Notes under the pieces: model-generated
Database searches by the model: none
What the model saw: only the letters and a program-made list of their open reading frames with translations
Told to the model about the DNA's origin: nothing
Part shown: in pieces, positions 19,755-27,615 of the stretch
How positions within the stretch are numbered: the first letter of the stretch is position 1
Layout of the letters: every line of letters begins with the position of its first letter
NCBI GenBank assembly: GCA_964538605.1
Contig: CAZIHC010000001.1
Location: forward strand, 1 to 40,831
DNA: 40,831 nt
Direction of reading: 5' to 3'
Source: an uncultured Herbinix sp.
GTDB lineage: Bacteria > Bacillota > Clostridia > Lachnospirales > Lachnospiraceae
Made by a program: the position numbers and the translations under genes

Positions 19755-19783
19755 ATTGTAAGATTCTTGTCGTTAACTGTCAA
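19755..19783 (-). promoter_or_regulatory. Putative sigma-A promoter of cas6-csx1
   Basis: Minus strand TTGACA-17 nt-TACAAT. Confidence 0.65.
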
Positions 19784-19950
19784 CTATATACTAATGGTTT
19801 AAATTTTATAGAAAGTTCTGATTTTGCCAATGCTTGATTTTAGTTCTTTTTTAAATTATTATAAATAACAATAACATATAATTAAGAATTATCAAACAGC
19901 AACTATAAAATGTCAAATTACATTTTAAAAGCAAAGGGATGTATTAATAC

Positions 19951-20646
19951 TTGGATATTAAAGTCTATCAAATTGATTGTAAGGTCTATTTAATGAAAGA
20001 CATTCCATTAACCCATATATTGGAGTTTATAAGCAATTTTATTGATACAGGACTTGCCAAAAGCGAAAAAATGCTTGAATTCCACAAGAGAAAAGGATTT
20101 AAGAATTATTCGCATAGTGGTTTTAAAGAACTGGAAACAGATAAAATTTATAAGGCAGACAAAATTTATTCCTTTTCAGTGCGTTGTATTGACGGTTATC
20201 TTAAAGATTATTTTGCTAAAATTCTTCCCATAACCCATACCCGGACCCTTAAAGGTTTGGTGACAACCGTAAAACCTATATCAAAAATTGATATAGATAA
20301 ATTATATACCTTGACACCTGCCCTTATAAAGTTAGAACAAGGTTATTGGAAAGGAAATATTGACTTACATACCTATTATAATATGATTATCGAAAACTCC
20401 GTTAAAAAGGCAAAATCCGTGATCGGTAATTTCGATGAAGACTTTGACCTTTTTAGCGATATTAAAATATTGAACAAAACACCTGTTGCCACAAGATACA
20501 AAAATATATCTTTACTGGGAGACAAACTCGAATTGAACATAGCAAATAATGATATGGCTCAAAAAATAGCTTATATTTTACTGGGAACAGGCATCTGCGA
20601 AAACTGCTCAAGAGGCTACGGTTTTGTTAATTATAAATCGGGTTAA
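19951..20646 (+). CDS. cas6: Divergent Cas6 (copy 2, clostridial type)
   Basis: 231 aa, TTG start; FKNYSHSG, TLTPALI, LLGDK, C-terminal LGTGICENCSRGYG glycine loop; directly upstream of a repeat array. Confidence 0.8.
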   Translation: MDIKVYQIDCKVYLMKDIPLTHILEFISNFIDTGLAKSEKMLEFHKRKGFKNYSHSGFKELETDKIYKADKIYSFSVRCIDGYLKDYFAKILPITHTRTLKGLVTTVKPISKIDIDKLYTLTPALIKLEQGYWKGNIDLHTYYNMIIENSVKKAKSVIGNFDEDFDLFSDIKILNKTPVATRYKNISLLGDKLELNIANNDMAQKIAYILLGTGICENCSRGYGFVNYKSG

Positions 20647-20801
20647 TTGCTTATCTGGCAAGCAAATTAATCATGAAACTTTTCATGCAACATAAATGCT
20701 TAAATACTTGATTTTGGTCACTTAATAGAATATTATAATTTTACAGATAAAATGTTTTACGTTAATATGTTAATAGTAATACTAACCCCAAAAATTTCGT
20801 A

Positions 20802-21053
20802 ATCAAACCTTAACATTCAATGTATTGAAACGTAGGTGTTGCTGTAGAATCTTTTTTGTCATTATAGAACCATAACAAATATTGTATTGAAACTTGTCTA
20901 TATAACTGTTTACCTGGATTTCATACACCATTACATTCATTTTAAGCAGACCGCCATAAATCGAACCTTAACACATAATGTATTGAAACGCCCCAGCTCC
21001 TATTATAGTGTGGATTTCATCAATGTTGATCCTGAAACAATATGTACCGAAAC
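20802..21053 (+). CRISPR. Degenerate array B (4 repeats; spacers 32, 66 and 35 nt)
   Basis: Repeats ATCAAACCTTAACATTCAATGTATTGAAAC (20802-20831), ATAGAACCATAACAAATATTGTATTGAAAC (20864-20893), ATCGAACCTTAACACATAATGTATTGAAAC (20960-20989), GTTGATCCTGAAACAATATGTACCGAAAC (21025-21053); AT-rich leader 20647-20801. Confidence 0.85.
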
Positions 21054-21093
21054 CCATGCTCATTATCAAACGTTTATAATATTTTTCCCACGC

Positions 21094-21120
21094 AAAAAAG
21101 GCAGCTTACGCTGCCTTTCC
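21094..21120. terminator. Terminator of spoVG, possibly bidirectional and ending the array B transcript
   Basis: aaaggcagc-ttac-gctgccttt with an A-tract on the left and T-rich sequence on the right. Confidence 0.75.
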
Positions 21121-21142
21121 TGTCTTTTTGTTTTTTACTCTC

Positions 21143-21460
21143 CTACTCCTCTGTTACGGCCTCTGTTACAGCTTCCTTTTCTGCCTCTTTTTCTGATTCT
21201 GCCTCTAAAGCTGCAATCTCGTACTTCTCAAGGATGATACTTTGGATCATCTCTCTGGTTTCCGAATTAATCGGATGAGCGATATCCCTGTATTCTCCAT
21301 CCCCGGCTTTCCGGCTGGGCATAGCGATGAATAAGCCTTTGTCGCCTTCAATTACTTTAATATCATGAACAACGAACTGATTGTCAATAGTAATTGAGAC
21401 AACAGCCTTCATCTTCCCCTCCTTACTAACCTTACGTACGCGAACATCGGTAATTTCCAT
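21143..21460 (-). CDS. spoVG: Septation regulator SpoVG
   Basis: [37 protein letters not shown]. Confidence 0.97.
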   Translation of the reverse strand: MEITDVRVRKVSKEGKMKAVVSITIDNQFVVHDIKVIEGDKGLFIAMPSRKAGDGEYRDIAHPINSETREMIQSIILEKYEIAALEAESEKEAEKEAVTEAVTEE

Positions 21461-21926
21461 GGTTTAGTCCCCCTTCTGTCATTATTTATCGTTAGTTATC
21501 AAGAAAAAGTATGTTAACAAAGTTAATATAACTTTTCCTGTTTCAACCTCCCAGCACAAACCCCAATACGAAGGTTCATAATTACTCGAATATTTATACT
21601 ATAAGACTATTATACCATATATAAAAAAAAATGTGAATATTTGTTGCAAAAAAATAGCAAAGGTTTGCACTTTTTATGTCAATTTTTATAGTTTTTATGT
21701 GATTTTAGACCTCATTTACGCCATTTTAATAAAAAAATTTATTGTATACTTGCATTCTTGTTTACATTGAGAATATATTACTATATAGGCCCTAAAGAGT
21801 AATTATGCGCAAATAATTGCCTGAAAAAAGTAAAATCCTGCATTTTCTATTGTATTTTAAGCCAGAAGAGTTATAATAGCTAGAGATTATAAAATATAAC
21901 TATAAAATAAGAATAGGAAGGTTTTT

Positions 21927-23333
21927 ATGTACAAAATAGATTTCAACAAGCCTTGCCGCATCCATTTTATAGGGATTGGCGGAATCAGTATGAGTGGTTT
22001 TGCAAAATACCTGCATACTATCGGATTTAAGGTCAGCGGTTCTGACAGCCACAAAAGCAAAATAACGGAAGAGCTTGAAAGTATGGGCATTGATGTTTAC
22101 TACGGACAAAGAAAAGGAAATATAACTACGGATATAGATGTAGTTATTTATACTGCTGCCATCAAAGAAGATAACGAAGAACTTATGGCGGTTAATGAAG
22201 CAGGTATACCGGCATTAAACCGGGCTCAGCTTATCGGCCAGGTTATGCAGAACTTCAAAAACTCGGTAGCCGTATCCGGAACCCACGGTAAAACCACTGT
22301 AACATCAATGCTGTCACTTATTTTTGTCGATGCCAATTTTGACCCTACCATCTCGGTCGGCGGTATTTTGGATGCCATCGGAGGAAATATGCGTCTTGGC
22401 GGTACCGACTATTTTATTACTGAAGCCTGCGAATATATGAACTCTTTCCTGGAATTTAAGCCGACAAAGGCAGTCATTTTAAATATTGACGAAGATCATA
22501 CGGACTTTTTTAAAGATATAAATGATATACGAAATTCCTTCCGTAAGTTTGCCTGTCAGATTCCTAAAGGAGGCCAGCTTTTTATAAACGGCGATATTCC
22601 CGATTACGAAGAGATAACTAAGAATTTGGATTGTGAAGTATTTACATACGGAATAACAGATCCTGCTTACGGTTGCGGTGGAAAGTCATATGATATTGCA
22701 GCGGATAATATTAAATTCAATGACAATGCCTGCCAACGCTTTGACCTTTATTACAAAGGGCAATACATAGACAGTTTCGGTTTAAATATCATAGGTGTAC
22801 ATAATATATCAAATGCTTTGCCGGCTATAGGAATTGCGCTGCAGGAACATGTTCCGGCAGATATAATAAAGAAATCCCTGCTGAGATTTAGAGGAGCAGA
22901 CCGTCGTTTTCAGTACAAAGGAACCGTTGGCGGTGTAACTATTATTGACGATTACGCCCATCATCCTACTGAAATTGCGGCAACTTTAACTACCGCCAAG
23001 ACATTTTACAGAGACAAAACCATATGGTGTGTTTTCCAGCCCCATACATACAGCAGAACCAAACGGCATTTAAAAGAATTTGCCCGTTCCTTATCAATTG
23101 CAGATAAAATAGTTCTGGCAGATATTTATCCTGCCAGGGAAAAAGATCCCGGGGATATCTCTTCCCTGGACCTGGTAAGAGAATTGAAATACTTAAATAA
23201 AGAAGTATACTATTTCCCCACCTTCGATGAAATTGAGAACTTTTTACTAGAAAATTGTATTAACGGTGACCTGTTGATAACTATGGGCGCCGGAGATATC
23301 GTGATTGTGGGCGAATCATTATTAGGCATATAG
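21927..23333 (+). CDS. murC: UDP-N-acetylmuramate--L-alanine ligase
   Basis: HFIGIGGISMS, GTHGKTT, EACE, DDYAHHPTEI, FQPHTYSRT, MGAGDI. Confidence 0.96.
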   Translation: MYKIDFNKPCRIHFIGIGGISMSGFAKYLHTIGFKVSGSDSHKSKITEELESMGIDVYYGQRKGNITTDIDVVIYTAAIKEDNEELMAVNEAGIPALNRAQLIGQVMQNFKNSVAVSGTHGKTTVTSMLSLIFVDANFDPTISVGGILDAIGGNMRLGGTDYFITEACEYMNSFLEFKPTKAVILNIDEDHTDFFKDINDIRNSFRKFACQIPKGGQLFINGDIPDYEEITKNLDCEVFTYGITDPAYGCGGKSYDIAADNIKFNDNACQRFDLYYKGQYIDSFGLNIIGVHNISNALPAIGIALQEHVPADIIKKSLLRFRGADRRFQYKGTVGGVTIIDDYAHHPTEIAATLTTAKTFYRDKTIWCVFQPHTYSRTKRHLKEFARSLSIADKIVLADIYPAREKDPGDISSLDLVRELKYLNKEVYYFPTFDEIENFLLENCINGDLLITMGAGDIVIVGESLLGI

Positions 23334-23786
23334 TTATCCACATTATCCACAGTATTATCAACATTTTATGTTAACCAATACTGTGGATATAATTTTATCT
23401 TCAATCCATACTACAAGAATAGATTTTTTCCTTAAAAAAATCTTTAATTCTAGCAGTTATAGCATAATTTTACATTTTATTACAAATAAGTCGCCTGCAT
23501 TTATCCACTTTATCCACATAATCCACATACCATTTTAACCCTTTTAATCCCCTTAAACCCCATAGAAACAGCCTATTTCAATATATTTTAGTTTATGTTA
23601 TAATGTACACGATAAGCAGATTAGACCAAGCAGAAGTTAATGTTTTATGTGACACATTTATGTGTCACAGTAAAACATTGATTTTTGCTTGGATAAGTGC
23701 AACGTGAACGAAAAACACGAAGTGTTTTGAGTTTCTAATCTGCGTAAGCGGATTATTCCACACAACGAGAGCCTATTTTATCCACA
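23334..23786. promoter_or_regulatory. DnaA-box cluster upstream of dnaD
   Basis: Perfect TTATCCACA at 23334, 23343, 23510, 23778; one-mismatch boxes at 23355, 23382 (reverse), 23501, 23519. Confidence 0.85.
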
Positions 23787-23857
23787 GCAATAACAGATAT
23801 AGAGAAATTTGATTTTGACCATGGGTATGCAACTAGCAGAAAGGGGATGGATGAGAA

Positions 23858-24958
23858 TTGAATAAAATTTCTTTATACTCTGAAGGTATTTATGACGTAA
23901 CAATCGTCCCAAATACCTTTATTGATTTATATATGCCATCTGCAAACGGAGCTTATGTAAAGGTTTATCTATATCTGTTACGCAATATAGGCTCCAGTAA
24001 TGCCGAAATAACCATATCCTCTATAGCCGATCACCTTGAGGATACCGAGAAAGATATCATCCGTGCCTTAAACTACTGGGAAAAGCAGAATTTGCTTAAA
24101 ATAGAAAGAAACGCTCAGGACGAGATTACGGCAATTTACCTTGCTGATTTATCAGACCTTAATAAGACTAATCAAAGTACCGCCAAAGTTGAAGAACCCG
24201 AATACGTAACAGTTTCTGAACCCGATGAAATTGCCGTTAATATAAATGCCGAAACTGAACCTGCTGCTATACCGACATATTCCCAGGAAAAGATAGATGA
24301 ACTTAAAAGCAATGATAAATTCCAATATATTACACATATTGTGGAGCTTTATCTTGGCAGGCCCATGAAGCCTATGGATATGCAGCTTATTATCTATTTA
24401 TATGATGAGCTGAAATTCTCACCCGAGCTTATTATATATCTCTATGAATACTGTGTTTCCAAGAACAAAATGAATCCTTCATATATTGAAGCAGTGGCCC
24501 TTGAATGGGCAAAAGAAGGAATAGACACGGAAGAAAAAGCCCGGGAAGCCACCCTGCTGTACAACGAACACATTAACAATGTTATGAAAGCATTTGGGTT
24601 AAACAGGACTCCCGGCCAGATAGAACGAAAATACATAACCAAATGGGTGGAAGTATATTCATTTTCGGATGACATAATTACCGAAGCATGCAACCGCACT
24701 ATTTTAAGGACGCAAAAACCTGATTTTAAATATGCAGACAAAATTCTTGAAACCTGGTTTAAAAAAGGTGTTAAAACTCTGGAGGACATCGCAATTCTTG
24801 ACGAGGAGTTTGCAAAAGGCGGCAGAACCAAGACTTTACCTAACGTAACCCCTATTGCCAAGCCTTCTGCCAATAAGTTTAATCAGTTTCCTCAAAGGAC
24901 TTACTCAGCTAAAGATTATGCCGAACTTGAACGGAAACTTATTAACAAGGGATTATAA
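23858..24958 (+). CDS. dnaD: DnaD/DnaB-domain replication protein
   Basis: VPNTFIDLYMPSANGAYVKVYLYLL N-terminal wHTH; two DnaB_2-like repeats (YIEAVALEW, YADKILETW). Confidence 0.85.
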   Translation: MNKISLYSEGIYDVTIVPNTFIDLYMPSANGAYVKVYLYLLRNIGSSNAEITISSIADHLEDTEKDIIRALNYWEKQNLLKIERNAQDEITAIYLADLSDLNKTNQSTAKVEEPEYVTVSEPDEIAVNINAETEPAAIPTYSQEKIDELKSNDKFQYITHIVELYLGRPMKPMDMQLIIYLYDELKFSPELIIYLYEYCVSKNKMNPSYIEAVALEWAKEGIDTEEKAREATLLYNEHINNVMKAFGLNRTPGQIERKYITKWVEVYSFSDDIITEACNRTILRTQKPDFKYADKILETWFKKGVKTLEDIAILDEEFAKGGRTKTLPNVTPIAKPSANKFNQFPQRTYSAKDYAELERKLINKGL

Positions 24959-25186
24959 TCTGCAAAGCATAACTAAAAATTGAAATTCAATAAATCTTGA
25001 AAAAATAAAAACTAACCATAAGGTTAAAGATAACAGTTATTTCTGCGTACTTATTTAGATCAAATTTATGTATACATACTTCATTGCAATTTCCATGTTT
25101 ATATTATTTAAATTTCTGAAAACATAATTTATCATTAAACTTGTATATAAAAGGCCAAATAATCAAAAATATGTAGGAGAATCCTT

Positions 25187-26191
25187 ATGTCTCTGAAAAA
25201 CGATCAATACAATAAAATACTGCGTGAGTACGAAGAACGCAGACTCAAGAATAAGTACGAACTGGACAAGCGAATTGAGGAAGTCTATAAAGCTATTCCC
25301 AGGATAAAAGAATTGGAAGAACAAATTATCACACTTTCCGCCGAATCGGGAAGACAAGCTCTGTTCGGCAATACAGAAGCCCTGGAGAATTTAAGAAAAA
25401 CCACGGCTCAAATCAAGGAAATGCAAAGAAAACTTCTTGTAGAAAACGGATATCCTGAAGATTATCTGGATATGCGGTATCACTGCGCCAAATGCCGGGA
25501 TACCGGCTTTATAGACAGCGAAAAATGCAGCTGCTTTAAGCAGGCAATTGCTGACGCCATTTATATGGGCTCCAGCATAAAATCCGTACTCGAACGGGAA
25601 AACTTCCGAACTTTTTCATTTAAATACTATTCCGACGATTACATTGATGAAACCACAGGCTTATCCCCCCTGTCCAATATGCAAAAAATAGTTGCAAGCT
25701 GTAAAAGTTTTATACGACACTTTGATGAAAAGCACGAAAACCTGCTGTTTATCGGTAACACCGGAGTTGGTAAAACATTTTTGGCCAACTGTATAGCAAA
25801 AGAACTTTTAGACAGGGGCTATACGGTAATTTATCTGACTGCTTTCAGGTTATTCGATATCCTGGAAAAATATAAATTCGGAAAGGAGGAAGAAGATTCC
25901 TTAATAGCATCCGATCAGTTTGACTATATTCTTGATTGTGATCTGCTTATAATTGACGATTTGGGAACCGAACTTAACAATTCATTTACTACTTCGCAGC
26001 TTTATCACATAATTAACGAACGTTTGCTTAGACAAAAATCCACCATTATTTCTACAAATTTATCCCTGGATAATCTGCTTACCATTTACAGTGAACGGAT
26101 TTATTCGAGAATTATCAGCAATTACAGTATCAGGCGGATTATAGGCGATGATATCAGACTGCGTAAGGCACTTGGGGAAATATCGACTTAA
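25187..26191 (+). CDS. DnaC/DnaI-like helicase loader ATPase
   Basis: Zn motif CAKCRDTG..CSC; Walker A GNTGVGKT; Walker B LLIIDDLG; IISTNL; ERIYSRI; follows dnaD. Confidence 0.85.
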   Translation: MSLKNDQYNKILREYEERRLKNKYELDKRIEEVYKAIPRIKELEEQIITLSAESGRQALFGNTEALENLRKTTAQIKEMQRKLLVENGYPEDYLDMRYHCAKCRDTGFIDSEKCSCFKQAIADAIYMGSSIKSVLERENFRTFSFKYYSDDYIDETTGLSPLSNMQKIVASCKSFIRHFDEKHENLLFIGNTGVGKTFLANCIAKELLDRGYTVIYLTAFRLFDILEKYKFGKEEEDSLIASDQFDYILDCDLLIIDDLGTELNNSFTTSQLYHIINERLLRQKSTIISTNLSLDNLLTIYSERIYSRIISNYSIRRIIGDDIRLRKALGEIST

Positions 26192-26206
26192 TATATTTTA
26201 TTTGGC

Positions 26207-26235
26207 TTGACTTAAAATATTTATAGTGTTATAAC
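26207..26235 (+). promoter_or_regulatory. Putative sigma-A promoter of prs
   Basis: TTGACT-17 nt-TATAAC with TG extension. Confidence 0.55.
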
Positions 26236-26282
26236 ATTGGATGGATTTAATTCAACAACAATTTTATGGAGGTACTATTGTA

Positions 26283-27464
26283 ATGCCAAAGCGTGAAATG
26301 ATCGTTGATTCTATACCCGTAGGACCGCTTGGAATAATTGCCCTTGAAAGCAGCAAAACCTTAGGGGAAAAAGTTAATGAATACCTTGTTTCCTGGCGTA
26401 AGCAACGTGAAAGTGAACATAAAGAAACCATAATGTTTAGCGGTTACCAAAGAGATACTTTCCTTTTAAACGCCTGCTGTCCCAGATTCGGAACCGGCGA
26501 GGCAAAAGGAATGATCAAGGAATCTGTTCGCGGATATGACCTGTATTTACTTGTAGATGTTACCAATTACAGTTTGACCTATACAGTTTGTGGACATACC
26601 AACCATATGTCACCGGACGACCATTATCAGGATTTAAAACGAATTATAGCGGCAGTTGGTGGTAAAGCAAGAAGAATTACCGTCATCATGCCCTATCTTT
26701 ATGAAGGTCGTCAGCATAGACGCAACTCGAGAGAATCCCTGGATTGCGCCTTGGCATTACAGGAACTGACCAATATGGGAGTTGAAAGCATCATAACATT
26801 TGATGCTCATGATCCCAGAGTTCAAAATTCTATTCCGTTAAAAAGTCTGGAATCTGTTCAGCCTACCTATCAGTTTATTAAGGCTATCCTTAAGAATGTA
26901 CCCGATGTTAAAATAGATGCCGACCATATGATGATCATCAGCCCCGATGAAGGCGGAATGGGAAGAGCAGTATATTATGCCAACGTTCTTGGCCTTGATA
27001 TGGGTATGTTCTATAAGAGACGCGACTATACCAAAATCGTCAACGGCCGTAATCCTATTGTAGCTCATGAGTATCTGGGCGACAGTGTCGAAGGAAAAGA
27101 TATCATTATCGTTGATGATATGATATCATCCGGTGAAAGCATGCTGGACGTTGCAACCGAATTAAAGAGAAGAAAAGCTAACCGTATATTCCTTTTGGGT
27201 ACATTCGGATTGTTTACCGGCGGTTTATCAAAGTTTGACGAAGCTTATGAAAAAGGACTGATATACAGGCTTCTTACCACCAATCTGGTTTACCAGACGC
27301 CGGAACTGTTGACAAAGCCTTATTATATCAGTGTTGATATGAGCAAATATATAGCTCTGATTATTGACACTCTAAATCACGACAAGAGTATCAGCGGATT
27401 GCTTAATCCTGTTGAAAGAATTCATAACATACTTGAAAAATATAACCAGATTAAGAAAAAGTAA
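26283..27464 (+). CDS. prs: Ribose-phosphate pyrophosphokinase
   Basis: MPYLYEGRQHRR, TFDAH, SPDEGG, IIVDDMISSGES; start moved to ATG 26283 behind GGAGG. Confidence 0.93.
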   Translation: MPKREMIVDSIPVGPLGIIALESSKTLGEKVNEYLVSWRKQRESEHKETIMFSGYQRDTFLLNACCPRFGTGEAKGMIKESVRGYDLYLLVDVTNYSLTYTVCGHTNHMSPDDHYQDLKRIIAAVGGKARRITVIMPYLYEGRQHRRNSRESLDCALALQELTNMGVESIITFDAHDPRVQNSIPLKSLESVQPTYQFIKAILKNVPDVKIDADHMMIISPDEGGMGRAVYYANVLGLDMGMFYKRRDYTKIVNGRNPIVAHEYLGDSVEGKDIIIVDDMISSGESMLDVATELKRRKANRIFLLGTFGLFTGGLSKFDEAYEKGLIYRLLTTNLVYQTPELLTKPYYISVDMSKYIALIIDTLNHDKSISGLLNPVERIHNILEKYNQIKKK

Positions 27465-27518
27465 GCTGATTATAAATGCAAAAAGCAATTTATAAGTAAA
27501 GTATTATATAGATATAAT

Positions 27519-27557
27519 AAAAATAGTGTCCGGACATACTGTCCAGGCACTATTTTT
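27519..27557. terminator. Bidirectional terminator between prs and the PBP gene
   Basis: aaaaatagtgtccggaca-tac-tgtccaggcactattttt. Confidence 0.7.
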
Positions 27558-27615
27558 AATTTTTCTGTAGTTAAAAATGTCGCAGTAAACTGACTGCTTT
27601 TTTGTTATCGCAATC

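Noticed and set aside
19755-19783. Possible match of spacer 20832-20863 to the cas6 promoter (CreR-like autorepression)
   Set aside because: Only gapped AT-rich similarity (tgta..ttgtc); I found no convincing protospacer for any spacer inside this window
20887-21237. 116 aa plus-strand ORF
   Set aside because: It overlaps CRISPR repeats, the terminator and the antisense strand of spoVG; likely spurious
25187-26191. IstB-like ATPase suggesting an IS21 element or prophage replication module
   Set aside because: No IstA transposase, terminal repeats or phage genes; the murC-dnaD-loader-prs context fits a chromosomal helicase loader
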